A DNA stretch of 64,000 bases from Candidatus Aenigmatarchaeota archaeon (GCA_016202815.1 JACQNZ010000008.1:97932-161931), one strand, 5' to 3'. Counted from the stretch's first letter, positions 10,317 to 20,312 are shown. Translations and numbers: made by a program. The notes: generated from the letters alone by a model not told the origin.

Positions 10317-11044
10317 TCTCCAAGCCTCACCATTTTTAAAAAGTATTTCTCCAGGTCAACGCCCCGGACATCCCTTGTGTCCATTATCTCGCCCCTGTAA
10401 ATGAATGCGACCCTGTCTGCCAATTGCTGGACTTCGCGCATGTAATGGCTTGTTAAAAGCATGGGCGTGCCGAATTCTTTGTTGATGTTTTTTATTTCCT
10501 TCCTAAGTTTTATCGAAATGCTCGGATCTAACCCGAGCGTAGGCTCGTCCAGCAACAATATACTGGGTTTGTTCATCAGGGCTTTCGCAAACGACAACCG
10601 CATCCGCTCCCCGGTGGACAGGCCGTCCACGCGGCGTTTCAAAATTTTTTCCAGCCCGAAAAAATCCGCAAGTTCTGACGCTCTTCGCTCGCGTTCGCGC
10701 TTTTCCAGCCCGTGGACCATGCCGAAAAAGGTAAAAACGTCCTTTACGTTCAGCGCCCAGTGGAAGCGTGCGTCATTCGATACTAAACCGACTTTTTCGG
10801 TTATGTCCGGAAATTTTCCAACATCTTTGCCGAGCAGTTTTACATTCCCTTCGTCCGCTGTCAGCAAACCGATGATAATGTTGATCAGTGTTGTTTTGCC
10901 GGAGCCGTTCGGGCCCAGCAATCCGAATATCTCGTCCTTTTTGATGCCCAAAGAAACGTCCTTCAGCGCGTAAAACTCTTTTCCCGATACCTTGAATTTT
11001 TTCGAGACGTCAATGACTTCGATAGCGTTCATTCCAATCAGCAA
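10313..11044 (-). CDS. ABC transporter ATP-binding protein
   Basis: Walker A 'GPNGSGKTT', signature 'LSTGERMR', Walker B 'ILLLDEPT'. Confidence 0.8.
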   Translation of the reverse strand: MLIGMNAIEVIDVSKKFKVSGKEFYALKDVSLGIKKDEIFGLLGPNGSGKTTLINIIIGLLTADEGNVKLLGKDVGKFPDITEKVGLVSNDARFHWALNVKDVFTFFGMVHGLEKRERERRASELADFFGLEKILKRRVDGLSTGERMRLSFAKALMNKPSILLLDEPTLGLDPSISIKLRKEIKNINKEFGTPMLLTSHYMREVQQLADRVAFIYRGEIMDTRDVRGVDLEKYFLKMVRLGE

Positions 11045-11059
11045 GAATTGGTCTACGGA

Positions 11060-11962
11060 TTAAATAACTTTGTTTTCCAGCGCTTCGACATCCTGCGCGT
11101 TTATTACCGGCTTCCCGAACCGTTGCGTGTCGTCAGACATGCGCGGACAGGAGCAGTTGACGTAGCAATCGACATCAACGCCCATCAGCTTTTCTGGCGT
11201 AAACTCGTCCGCAATAAGTATGTACGCTTTTTTGCCGTTCTTTTTCAATATGTCGCGCGCCCGCCTGGCAACGCTTAAATAAAACTGCCCCTCTTTTGTG
11301 GACAGCAGCAAACCGAACTTGTTGGACATCTTCGCAATCGCGATGCGCGCGTATCGCTGGCGTTCTAGTTTCTCATGGTCGATGTCGTGGCGTTCAACCG
11401 AATTTCGCTCCAGGTCGAGTATGAAAAACGGTTTTTTAGTTTTCATCCCAGTTGGGTGGAATTTGCCTGTCCCGATATACAAAAAACAGTCAACTTCGCT
11501 TTCTATTACCTGCGCCGCCGTCACGTCACAGCCCAGTATCTGTCCTGCAGCGCTTGCGCCCCATTTTCCGTTCGCGGGTTCGCCTACGATTCCCTGCTTG
11601 CCGTTTTTCGCGAGAAATTCTTTTACCTCCGGTATCAAGGACAAAAAGTTAACGGTCGAAACAATGCCTATTTTTTGGTAGCCTTGCAGCATCCCGACGT
11701 TTTTTGTTAAGACCGGGATGGGATCAGCCGTGACCGGCAATATGACATACTCGACAGGTATGGAAGGCCGCACGCCGAAATCGTTGTGGCCGTAGTGAAC
11801 GAGCTTGTCGCAGCCCAACTGCTTTGCGTCTCTGTCGCGCAAATCGCACGCTCCGTAACAGGGCTCGACGGAAATAAACACTTCTTTATCATCTTGGCTG
11901 TCCGCGAACTCCGTCAGTTTTTTCTTGTAGCCTTCCGGCGCCTGTATCATCACTTTTTCCAT
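11060..11962 (-). CDS. dph2: 2-(3-amino-3-carboxypropyl)histidine synthase (diphthamide biosynthesis Dph2)
   Basis: 'IQAPEG...CYGACDLRDRDAKQLGCDKLVHYGH' matches the archaeal Dph2 radical-SAM-like core. Start placed at MEKVMIQ. Confidence 0.7.
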   Translation of the reverse strand: MEKVMIQAPEGYKKKLTEFADSQDDKEVFISVEPCYGACDLRDRDAKQLGCDKLVHYGHNDFGVRPSIPVEYVILPVTADPIPVLTKNVGMLQGYQKIGIVSTVNFLSLIPEVKEFLAKNGKQGIVGEPANGKWGASAAGQILGCDVTAAQVIESEVDCFLYIGTGKFHPTGMKTKKPFFILDLERNSVERHDIDHEKLERQRYARIAIAKMSNKFGLLLSTKEGQFYLSVARRARDILKKNGKKAYILIADEFTPEKLMGVDVDCYVNCSCPRMSDDTQRFGKPVINAQDVEALENKVI

Positions 11963-12035
11963 GCTTATCAGAAAAGAGAATTGAAGGTTGGTATTTAAAA
12001 ACGCATTAATAACGTTAACCCTATTTAGTAAATTC

Positions 12036-12851
12036 ATGTCTGATGAGATATCGAGGGCGGATTATGCAAGATCGCTGCTTGCGTCGGCGTACGACCCGGA
12101 TTCGATGGGAGCACAAACGCAGCTTGTTTGGTGCCTAGTAAACGGAGTTGCCCAGATTGGGTTAAGAAGCCATTTACAACGCGCTTTGCACGCGGGCGCA
12201 GATTCCGATCTTTTGACAAATGCTATCAAGTATGGCAGACAAATTTTTTCACCCGGTTATTTCACCCAAGTTAATAATAGGAAAAACCAGTGCGGATATG
12301 ATGCGCGAGAGTTGGGGCATCTCACTCTTCGAACATTGGCGACAGGGTCGCATTCCGCCCCGACCGGAAGCATGGGAATTTCAATGCATGAAGTCATGGA
12401 ATTGTTCGGTTCGCTCGCAGCGAAAGGTTATTTTTCTCGTTCACCATCGCGCCATGCAGTTGAAAAATATATGAAAGAAGGCATGCCGGCGTTTGAAAGA
12501 ACATTGCACGTGGAAAGAGTTGTCTTTGATAGAGAACGTTTGACAGGTGACACGGAACGGGTTATGCTAGGTGACGCAAGGAAAGAGTATGTATCATTTC
12601 ACGCAGGCAAGCTGTCTATTATGGCGCTGGTCACGGAGCTTGCTGATTCCACACTGGTAAAAGAAACTGGCAAAAGGGGACGCGATGATTGGTTCGACGG
12701 AATGAAACAGGACGCAAAATTAATGGGAGAATGGAAAAACCTTTTCTTCGAGGATCTGCCGGCACCCGACGCGCTTGTTTCATCCTCAAGAGCAGTTGCG
12801 GAAGAAGCACGGACATTTGTAGACCCACAGCGCCATCGCAGTGGCCCCTGA
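12036..12851 (+). CDS. hypothetical protein
   Basis: ORF with reasonable composition. Internal start MSDEIS chosen to leave promoter space for divergent dph2. Confidence 0.35.
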   Translation: MSDEISRADYARSLLASAYDPDSMGAQTQLVWCLVNGVAQIGLRSHLQRALHAGADSDLLTNAIKYGRQIFSPGYFTQVNNRKNQCGYDARELGHLTLRTLATGSHSAPTGSMGISMHEVMELFGSLAAKGYFSRSPSRHAVEKYMKEGMPAFERTLHVERVVFDRERLTGDTERVMLGDARKEYVSFHAGKLSIMALVTELADSTLVKETGKRGRDDWFDGMKQDAKLMGEWKNLFFEDLPAPDALVSSSRAVAEEARTFVDPQRHRSGP

Positions 12852-12889
12852 TTCACTTCTCAAAACCTGGGTACGCCCGTCCTTTTTAC

Positions 12890-13936
12890 CTACACACTTC
12901 TTGCGCCTTGGTTGCTTAACCTGGCCTCAATGAACTGCGGCTTGTAACCCAACGGCGCATAGGCCTGAAAAAATATTCTTTTCGCAAGTTCCGCCCTTCC
13001 CCTGTCCTCGCCCACGACCACAAGCATGTAAGGCCCTGCGCCGCTCATCCAGGCAGCCATATGCTTTCCGTCGAACTGCCTGTATAACCCGCCCAAGAAT
13101 TTTGGAGTTATTCCCCTGCCATAGAATCCGTTCTCCGCCCTGGCGCATTCTACAGGATCTTCAAATTCCGCCAGTTTTGCGGCTAAGCCTCTCAGGTTGC
13201 CGTCTTCCAGGCGCCAAATAATTCTTTTCCTTGTATCGCTTATACGCGCGTCCTTTTCGTACCTTTCCTTGACGTCTTCGGTAAGAATGCTCCTGCCCTG
13301 TGCCGTCGAGCCTTTTGTTACACCTTCGGGCTTGGCAAGCAATACGTACCATCCAGGAACGTTGTGTTTGACAAATTCATCGTGCGATTGCGGAACTAAA
13401 GGATTGTGGTATAAACTTCTTTTTTCAGCAAGCCCGCCCAATACAGCGGCGCTGACATTATCGTAATGCCTTGCGGTTTCTCCGGCAACAGCGGCTTCTA
13501 TCTGCTCTCCCGTCGATAGATCGAATCCTGGTATATATCTTTTTACCAATGCCAGGCCGGCTTTCATGCCCGCGGCCGCGCTTGCGCCGCTTGAACCCAT
13601 GCCCGCAGGATTTGGTATGTTTGTTTCAGTTACAAACTGCAATCCAAACTTATCCACGAGCTCGGGCATGCCCGCTCTTATGACACCTTGAACCGCAGCG
13701 CGCGACGCGCAATTTTCATCCCATTTGACTGGAACTTTCGGGTCTTTGGTTTCTTCCACAAACACGTCTCCGGGCCTGCCGGAAAGCCTCACCATCACGT
13801 TGTTTTGCAACGGTTGTTCCAGGCCTTCAAGAGCGACTGCAAGAAGGTCAAAACCAGCCTTAATGTTTGCGCTTGTCGCGTTTGCAACAGCTGTGCTAAA
13901 AAGTTCATCTTGCATGTTTGTTACAGGCGTAGCCAT
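12890..13936 (-). CDS. thrB: homoserine kinase (GHMP kinase family)
   Basis: 'NATSANIKAGFDLLAVAL' (ThrB N-terminal signature), 'PAGMGSSGASAAAG' (GHMP motif), 'ARHYDNVSAAVLGGL'. Confidence 0.6.
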   Translation of the reverse strand: MATPVTNMQDELFSTAVANATSANIKAGFDLLAVALEGLEQPLQNNVMVRLSGRPGDVFVEETKDPKVPVKWDENCASRAAVQGVIRAGMPELVDKFGLQFVTETNIPNPAGMGSSGASAAAGMKAGLALVKRYIPGFDLSTGEQIEAAVAGETARHYDNVSAAVLGGLAEKRSLYHNPLVPQSHDEFVKHNVPGWYVLLAKPEGVTKGSTAQGRSILTEDVKERYEKDARISDTRKRIIWRLEDGNLRGLAAKLAEFEDPVECARAENGFYGRGITPKFLGGLYRQFDGKHMAAWMSGAGPYMLVVVGEDRGRAELAKRIFFQAYAPLGYKPQFIEARLSNQGARSV

Positions 13937-14007
13937 GAAATTAGATTGACCGGAAAAGGATTTAAATGAAACTTGGATATTTTATTCCGGAAGTTTGAAT
14001 AATTATC

Positions 14008-14700
14008 ATGAATCATATTAAATCCGACCTCAACGAATTAGCAAACCCAGGGAAGGCGAAGTTTCTCGCGCGTTTTTTCAAAACCGGCAGGGGCGAATAC
14101 GGAGAGGGCGACCTTTTTCTGGGCATAAACGTGCCTATACAAAGGCGGATAGCTAAACGGCACCAATACGCCTCGTTTGATGATATAAAAGAATTGCTGT
14201 CCAGCCGTATCCATGAACACAGGCTAACGGCGCTGCTTATTCTGGTGGATAAGTACGAAAAATCGGATAAAGGAGGCAAAAAAATAATAACGGATTTTTA
14301 CCTGAGAAATATTGCGCACGTTAACAACTGGGACCTTGTTGATTTGTCTGCGGATAAAATCCTGGGGGATTACATCTGCGACAAGGACAGGAAAATTTTA
14401 TACTCCATGGCCAGGTCAAAAAACATATGGGAACGCAGGGTATCAATAATTTCAACTTTCAATTTTATCAAAAGGAACGATTTTCACGACGCGCTTAGCA
14501 TTTCTGAAATTCTTCTGGAAGACAAGCACGATCTTATACAAAAAGCGGTCGGCTGGATGCTGCGCGAAGTCGGCAAGCGCGACCAAAAAACGGAAGAAAA
14601 ATTCCTGAGGAAACATTACCGTAACATGCCGCGCACCATGCTAAGATATGCCATAGAAAGGTTTGATGAAAGCAAAAGGCGTTTTTACATGGGTAAGTAA
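14008..14700 (+). CDS. DNA alkylation repair enzyme (AlkD/AlkC-like HEAT-repeat glycosylase family)
   Basis: N-terminal 'LNELANPGKAKFLARFFKTGRGEYGEGDLFLGINVP' typical of the DNA_alkylation family. Confidence 0.55.
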   Translation: MNHIKSDLNELANPGKAKFLARFFKTGRGEYGEGDLFLGINVPIQRRIAKRHQYASFDDIKELLSSRIHEHRLTALLILVDKYEKSDKGGKKIITDFYLRNIAHVNNWDLVDLSADKILGDYICDKDRKILYSMARSKNIWERRVSIISTFNFIKRNDFHDALSISEILLEDKHDLIQKAVGWMLREVGKRDQKTEEKFLRKHYRNMPRTMLRYAIERFDESKRRFYMGK

Positions 14701-14743
14701 TCTGAAATATATTCCATACTAAAAGAATATGTTTCCGTCGGGT

Positions 14744-15529
14744 TCAGAACCGCGGTATGCTGACGCCCCTGATCATGCTCTTTAATTTTCCGACAACGTC
14801 CTCTTTTTCCAGGTTGACCGGGTCTTCGCCGGTTATCTCCTTGCCGAGCCTCAAAAATTGCTTTGATGCCTTGCATTGCGGGTTATACGTGACAACAGGC
14901 TGTTTGGCAGCAAGGCTTTTCAATATGTTGCGGTCGTAAGGTATCTGCGCCAGCACAGGCATTTCCGTGAGGTTTTCGATTTCCTTGACGCTTAATTCAT
15001 GCTGCACGTTTTCAATCATATTCAATACTATGCCGAGCTTGGTCTTGGATTTGTCTATCATTTCCTTGGTTCGTATCGTATCCATCACCGACGGCACGTA
15101 AGGCGTAGTGACGAACAGAAGTTCTTCGCTTACATCAAGCGTCATTTTAGCCTCCTTGCCCAGGCAGGGCGCGGAGTCCAGCAGTATTACGTCAACCTTG
15201 CCGAGGAGATGTTTAACGGCTTTTTTTAATTCCACGGCCTCGATGCCTTCGATGTCCTTTACAGCCAGTGACGCCGGTATGATTTTTAACCCTGTCTGGT
15301 GCGTGTAAACGGCGTTTTCAATCGGTATGTTGCCCTTCAAGACCTGGTTTAGCGTTATTGGGAGAAAGTGCATGCCCATGACCATGCTCAGGTGCGATGT
15401 CGTTATGTTGCAGTCTATGATGACAACGTCCTTTTTGAATTTTGTCACTAAATCGACTCCCAGATTCGTGACCGTTGTCGTTTTGCCAACACCGCCCTTC
15501 CCGGAAACAACGCCTATGATCCTTGTCAT
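14744..15529 (-). CDS. minD: MinD/ParA-type P-loop ATPase
   Basis: Deviant Walker A 'GKGGVGKTTT'. Confidence 0.75.
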   Translation of the reverse strand: MTRIIGVVSGKGGVGKTTTVTNLGVDLVTKFKKDVVIIDCNITTSHLSMVMGMHFLPITLNQVLKGNIPIENAVYTHQTGLKIIPASLAVKDIEGIEAVELKKAVKHLLGKVDVILLDSAPCLGKEAKMTLDVSEELLFVTTPYVPSVMDTIRTKEMIDKSKTKLGIVLNMIENVQHELSVKEIENLTEMPVLAQIPYDRNILKSLAAKQPVVTYNPQCKASKQFLRLGKEITGEDPVNLEKEDVVGKLKSMIRGVSIPRF

Positions 15530-16413
15530 CTTTTTCCCCTTTTTCGGCCGTCTTGTTTTTTGCCCGTTATCCTCAGGCCTTTCTCACCGACGCTCACGAC
15601 AACATCGTCGAGTTTCGTTAATTCCTCCGTAAGCTGTTTCTTGATGCGCGCGAAAAGCTCTTTCGATATCTGGTTGCTTTCCACGAGGTCGTTGACAGCC
15701 TCGAGCTTCCTCAGCACTTTTCTTCGTTTATTCATCAAATTTTCCCTTAACGTCGTCTCGTCGCGCTTTACGGCCCGGATTTCCTTGGAAATCTGCGCCT
15801 TCACGTTTTCAGGCACGTGGCCGGACACGAGGTTTTTCAGCTCCATCAATTCGGCCATCCTGTCGCCGACGTCGGTTGCGCTTAACGGGCTCTTGATGGA
15901 CATGACAGCCTCTTTCAGCTTGTTGCCCTGCTTCTTAACCTCGAAAGTTAGCGGTTCACGGCCGGAGCCTTTGTTCTTTACGAATTCTTCCAGTTTTTTC
16001 TTGTAGCTCTTTTGCTTCTTTTTAACCTCTTCCATTTCCTCTTCCATCTCGATCCTTTCGAATTCGTCGAGCATCTTTTTTTCTTCTTCGCTCAGGTCCT
16101 TGTTCGGCATTTTCGCGGATTTGGGAACGGTAATATAAAGGTCGGGTTCTATGGTGAAGATCAGGCGGCCGCTCGTCTCAGCGACACGCTGCAGCTTTAA
16201 CAGCATGCGGCGAAGCATAGTTACGTCTATTTTCCTCAGCCTTTTTGTGTTGATCAGGACTATTTGGTTCTGTTCGCGCACCGAGTTGTAGACAGCCTCC
16301 ATATCGCCGGATATTTTGGGAGCGACATACCTGATAAAAAGCCTTTTTTTGTCCCCAGCGAACAATTTTTCAGCCATCAGACCAGCTCTTTGCGCCGTAT
16401 TTATAATTATCAC
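15526..16413 (-). CDS. SepF-like (DUF552) domain protein with long Lys/Glu-rich coiled-coil C-terminal extension
   Basis: N-terminal ~90 aa ('RLFIRYVAPKISGDMEAVYNSVREQNQIVLINTKRLRKIDVTMLRRMLLKLQRVAETSGRLIFTIEPDLYITVP') resembles the SepF fold. Translationally coupled to minD. Confidence 0.4.
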   Translation of the reverse strand: MIIINTAQRAGLMAEKLFAGDKKRLFIRYVAPKISGDMEAVYNSVREQNQIVLINTKRLRKIDVTMLRRMLLKLQRVAETSGRLIFTIEPDLYITVPKSAKMPNKDLSEEEKKMLDEFERIEMEEEMEEVKKKQKSYKKKLEEFVKNKGSGREPLTFEVKKQGNKLKEAVMSIKSPLSATDVGDRMAELMELKNLVSGHVPENVKAQISKEIRAVKRDETTLRENLMNKRRKVLRKLEAVNDLVESNQISKELFARIKKQLTEELTKLDDVVVSVGEKGLRITGKKQDGRKRGKR

Positions 16414-16565
16414 GCTTTCCTTTATATCCGGCCGGAAAGTCCATGAAAGTGTGAATGGTCGGAAAACTTGTGGTTTTCCAGTTTAGCAAACCGGCGGGCT
16501 TGCTGAACGCCGCGTGCTCCGCAGCCTATTAATATAAGTGTTGCGGTCATATTATATCTGATCTT

Positions 16566-16898
16566 ATGAAGAGCAATATGGCCGTTGTAAAAGTCATCCG
16601 CGAGCTGAAGAAACTGAAGGTCCCGGCATGGGAGCGCGTTACCGAAGAGCTCAGCGGCTCCACGAGAAATGCCAGCGAAGTTAATCTTTCGTCTATAGAG
16701 CGCTATTCAGCGGGCGTTGTACTGGTTCCGGGCACGGTTCTCGGAACCGGCGAGTTGAGCAAACCTGTCACTGTCGCGGCTTTGAAGTTCTCAAAATCGG
16801 CGAAGGAAAAGATAACCAAGGCGGGCGGCAAGGCAATGACAATAACCGAGCTCGCAAAGGAAAACCCAAAATGTTCCAATGTGAAAATAATGGTGTAA
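16566..16898 (+). CDS. rpl18e: ribosomal protein L18e
   Basis: 110 aa, resembles archaeal L18e, heads the L18e-L13-S9 cluster. Confidence 0.7.
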   Translation: MKSNMAVVKVIRELKKLKVPAWERVTEELSGSTRNASEVNLSSIERYSAGVVLVPGTVLGTGELSKPVTVAALKFSKSAKEKITKAGGKAMTITELAKENPKCSNVKIMV

Positions 16899-16900
16899 TC

Positions 16901-17317
16901 ATGAAAGTTATTGATGCTACAGGAAAAGTGTGCGGCCGCTTGGCGTCCGTTGTGGCCAAGCTGCTGCTCAATGGGGAGGAAATTTCCATAATCAACGCCG
17001 AGAAGGCTGTCGTTTCCGGTTCTCCGGAATCCATAGCGCGGCTTTACAAAGTCCGCCTGGACCGCGGAGATAAGTACAAGGGTCCGTTTTTGTCGCGATT
17101 GCCGGACCGCATGCTGAAAAGAACGGTGCGTGGCATGCTGCCGTACAAAAAATCTTCCGGACGCAACGCCTTCCGCAAGCTACGCGTATTCGTGGGGGCG
17201 CCAAAGGACCTTGCCGGCACAGCAACGGAGATTAATGTAAAGGACGTTTCAAAAATTACCAGCGAACACATCACGCTTCAGGATTTGTCTCACAGGCTGG
17301 GAAGAAAGGTTGTTTGA
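16901..17317 (+). CDS. rpl13: ribosomal protein L13
   Basis: MKVIDATGKVCGRLASVVAKLLLNGEEISIINAEKAV... matches the L13 family. Confidence 0.8.
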   Translation: MKVIDATGKVCGRLASVVAKLLLNGEEISIINAEKAVVSGSPESIARLYKVRLDRGDKYKGPFLSRLPDRMLKRTVRGMLPYKKSSGRNAFRKLRVFVGAPKDLAGTATEINVKDVSKITSEHITLQDLSHRLGRKVV

Positions 17318-17771
17318 TAAGATGGCAAACGAAATCACGGCAAAGGAGCAAAAGCCCAAAAAAAAGATAAAAACTATACACTCGTTTGGGAAAAGAAAGG
17401 ACGCGGTGGCGCGCGCGGCCATGTACCCTGGCAAAGGCCTGATAACAGTCAATTCAATGCCTCTCAATTTATGGGGAACGGAATTTTCCAGGATGAGGGT
17501 GCAGGAGCCGGTAATGCTCACGCCAGAGCTGTCAAAGGATTTCGATTTTCGCGTTACGGTGAGGGGCGGAGGTTATTCCGGCCAGACGGAAGCCGTGCGT
17601 CAGGCCGTCGCCCGCTGCTTGGCCGAAGCGGGCAACAAGGAAACAAGGCAGCGCTTCGTCGATTACGACAGGAACTTGTTGGTCGTCGATCCCCGCAGGA
17701 ACGAAACGCACCATGCGGGAAGCGCATCGCGTCGTGGTTCTCGTCGCCACGAACAACGATCAAAACGATGA
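17310..17771 (+). CDS. rps9: ribosomal protein S9
   Basis: 'HSFGKRKDAVARAAMYPGKG...GGGYSGQTEAVRQAVAR...SRRHEQRSKR' S9 signature and basic C-terminus. Confidence 0.8.
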   Translation: MFDKMANEITAKEQKPKKKIKTIHSFGKRKDAVARAAMYPGKGLITVNSMPLNLWGTEFSRMRVQEPVMLTPELSKDFDFRVTVRGGGYSGQTEAVRQAVARCLAEAGNKETRQRFVDYDRNLLVVDPRRNETHHAGSASRRGSRRHEQRSKR

Positions 17772-17871
17772 TTTGAGCCAATCAGAGCGTGTTTAGAGCA
17801 CTTTTTATTTTGAATGAGTTTTTACATATCGGAACTCTGATTCCGAAAGTATCATATATCATTATTTTAGA

Positions 17872-18777
17872 ATGAGTTTCGTGGACGAATTACACGAAAT
17901 AATTAATGGAAGTTTATTGGGAGATGCTTGTGTTCAAGTAAAAAAAGATCGATACCATTATTTCAAATATACTGCAAAAGATAAGAATTTTCTGGAAAAC
18001 CTGAAGAAAATTTTGGAATGTTATGGAATAAGATGCTGGATAACTGTGGACAATCCGGGTGTGCATTCTTTAGGTTTTTACATAAACAAATGTCCGTACA
18101 AAGAGCTTATGGGTTTGCATGAGAACTGGTACAAGAAAGAAAACGGAAAAAATAGGAAAATATTACCCAAAGACTTAGAAATAACCCCGAAAACTTTATT
18201 CTATTGGTACATCGGCGACGGTTGTTTAGTACGAAGAAAAAACGACGACAACCGCGTACCGACGTTATGCCTGGCAACAAATTGCTTTTCCAAAAAAGAT
18301 GTTGAAACTCTGCTGGAAAAACTGAATAAATTAAATCTTAATTTCTATGCAACTGAATCCGCGAGCGGATTCAATAAAGGCGAAAAAGCTGGTTATGCTT
18401 TATACTCGAATGTAGCAGACGGCACGCCGTTAAGGTTTTTCCAAACAATCGGACTGAAATGCCCGGAAGAAATAGCTAATTGTACAACCGGAAGTAAAGG
18501 AATAGATCATAAAAAAAGATTCTTCCGCGACAAATGGCCTACGGAAGACGATTGGATTAAAATCCTGTCCAACGTGAAATTCGGAAAACTGTTGAGGGAA
18601 AGAAGGTTCCAAATGGGTTTGACCCAAAAACAGCTTGGCGGTCTGGTTTCAATGCGGCGTGAAAACATCCGTGATGTGGAACTGGAAAAAAGGAATTTCT
18701 GCACCAAGAATTTCAGGAAAGTGTTAAAGGCGACAAACATAACCACGACTGATCTGTTAGAACGCTTAGGAGAATAA
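17872..18777 (+). CDS. free-standing LAGLIDADG-type homing-endonuclease-like protein fused to a C-terminal XRE-type HTH
   Basis: Two LAGLIDADG-like motifs ('LLGDACVQV', 'YIGDGCLVR') and C-terminal 'GLTQKQLGGLVSMRRENIRDVE'. AT-rich gene. Confidence 0.5.
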   Translation: MSFVDELHEIINGSLLGDACVQVKKDRYHYFKYTAKDKNFLENLKKILECYGIRCWITVDNPGVHSLGFYINKCPYKELMGLHENWYKKENGKNRKILPKDLEITPKTLFYWYIGDGCLVRRKNDDNRVPTLCLATNCFSKKDVETLLEKLNKLNLNFYATESASGFNKGEKAGYALYSNVADGTPLRFFQTIGLKCPEEIANCTTGSKGIDHKKRFFRDKWPTEDDWIKILSNVKFGKLLRERRFQMGLTQKQLGGLVSMRRENIRDVELEKRNFCTKNFRKVLKATNITTTDLLERLGE

Positions 18778-18779
18778 CT

Positions 18780-19151
18780 ATGTGGAAAGGCGTTATAATC
18801 GGGGAAAGCCTTGAAAATAAAAGATTGTTAAGTTCTGTGGATATTGTCGGGACTAAAAAATCATTTTTAGAAGGTGAAAAAAACAAAGGCATATTTCACT
18901 TATACAAAATTTTGGTGGGCGACAGTGAAAAGCTGTCGTTTGTGGCAGCCGCGTCTAAAGCGATTAAACAGGGCTTTTACATACACATTTGCCATGGCGG
19001 TAGAATGGTGGTTATTTTCAAAGACAAAATCTTCGAGTTTTCAGAACAAGACAATGAAAAAATTGAAGCGGCTAAAATGTATGGAACATCAATCGGAATT
19101 CTAAAAGTCCAGATGGATTTTGAGTATCTTTTGCATAATCCATACGGTTAA
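18780..19151 (+). CDS. hypothetical protein (AT-rich, co-inserted with the LAGLIDADG-HTH gene)
   Basis: 123-aa ORF starting 3 bp after the upstream stop. Confidence 0.35.
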   Translation: MWKGVIIGESLENKRLLSSVDIVGTKKSFLEGEKNKGIFHLYKILVGDSEKLSFVAAASKAIKQGFYIHICHGGRMVVIFKDKIFEFSEQDNEKIEAAKMYGTSIGILKVQMDFEYLLHNPYG

Positions 19152-19158
19152 GAATCGC

Positions 19159-19875
19159 TTAGTTCTTGTTCTTCACTGCCAGCTGCCACTTTTTGTTCAG
19201 CGGAACCCACATGGCAGCGGCTGACGCTACGGCAAAATCAGGATCCATTGATCCGTACATTTCCTTGGCTAATTCTTGGGCGGTGCGGCCTTCAATACGG
19301 AGTTCTTTCACCGCGTCGCGGATATGCCTGAATTCCGGCGCTCGCGGCTCGTCGCTTTCGCCCGTGTACGTTGACAGTAAGCCTGCCACGCCTTTGAGCG
19401 GGTAATGGCCGGCGGCAAGAAACTCGGATTCCTCGTTTCCAGCGGTTATGATTCCAAGCGCGACATCGTTGCCTGGTATGCAGACCATTCCGGCTATCCT
19501 CGGAGTGTTGTATCTGTCTCCGACGCGTCCCTCATGGCCCCAGCGCCTGAGCCCCCTGCTTATCGCGCTTATTGCGGTATTGTTGGCGTCGTGCCTGCGC
19601 AAGTATCCATCGAATATGGAACCGGTCTGTTTTCCGTTGCTGACAACGCCTATCCCCTTTATCGCGCTGACCATTATCGCATCGTATACGAGCCTTTCCG
19701 CCTCGGTTTTTTGCTCCGGCGTCATCTCGCCATACGGCTCAATAGCCACACGAGTTCCATGAACGGCTGCGATTCTGGACCTGCTGGACGCTGATCGCCC
19801 GGACAGTCCGTATAGAAGAACAGGATTCCCGTCATGTGTGGCGCCGACGCCTACCAAACGGCCCAAATAAGCCAT
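19159..19875 (-). CDS. purO: IMP cyclohydrolase, archaeal type
   Basis: 'MAYLGRLVGVG...LYGLSGRSASSRSR', 'VSNGKQTGS', 'NTPRIAGMV' align with the PurO family. Confidence 0.6.
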   Translation of the reverse strand: MAYLGRLVGVGATHDGNPVLLYGLSGRSASSRSRIAAVHGTRVAIEPYGEMTPEQKTEAERLVYDAIMVSAIKGIGVVSNGKQTGSIFDGYLRRHDANNTAISAISRGLRRWGHEGRVGDRYNTPRIAGMVCIPGNDVALGIITAGNEESEFLAAGHYPLKGVAGLLSTYTGESDEPRAPEFRHIRDAVKELRIEGRTAQELAKEMYGSMDPDFAVASAAAMWVPLNKKWQLAVKNKN

Positions 19876-19988
19876 GTTAAAACTAAATCCGGGAACGATT
19901 TAAGCTTGGTTGGGATTGAAAAAAGTTTATAAGCCTGCCTGAAACAATGTGTATTTAAACTATCATAACAAACCATGTGTTGGCCATG

Positions 19989-20306
19989 CAAGTTGCAAGA
20001 ATAAAACTTTCAAGCACGGATCTCGCCCAACTGGACGTGATCTGTAAGGAAATAAAAATGATAGCCGAAAAAACCGGCGTATCGATAGCCGGCCCTATAC
20101 CTCTTCCTACGAAAAAACTCCGTGTCAGCGTATTAAAAACCCCGTGCGGCGACGGCACCGGACACGGAAACGCAACGTTTGACAAATGGGAAATGCGCGT
20201 TCATAAGAGAATCGTCGACGTAGGCGCCAACGAGCGCGCCCTGCGGCAAATAATGCGCGTGAACATACCTGAAAACGTGCAGATTGAGATAGAGTTGAGG
20301 GAGTAG
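19989..20306 (+). CDS. rps10: ribosomal protein S10
   Basis: '[50 protein letters not shown]...RVHKRIVDV'. Confidence 0.7.
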   Translation, partial: QVARIKLSSTDLAQLDVICKEIKMIAEKTGVSIAGPIPLPTKKLRVSVLKTPCGDGTGHGNATFDKWEMRVHKRIVDVGANERALRQIMRVNIPENVQIEIELRE

Positions 20307-20312
20307 ACAACT

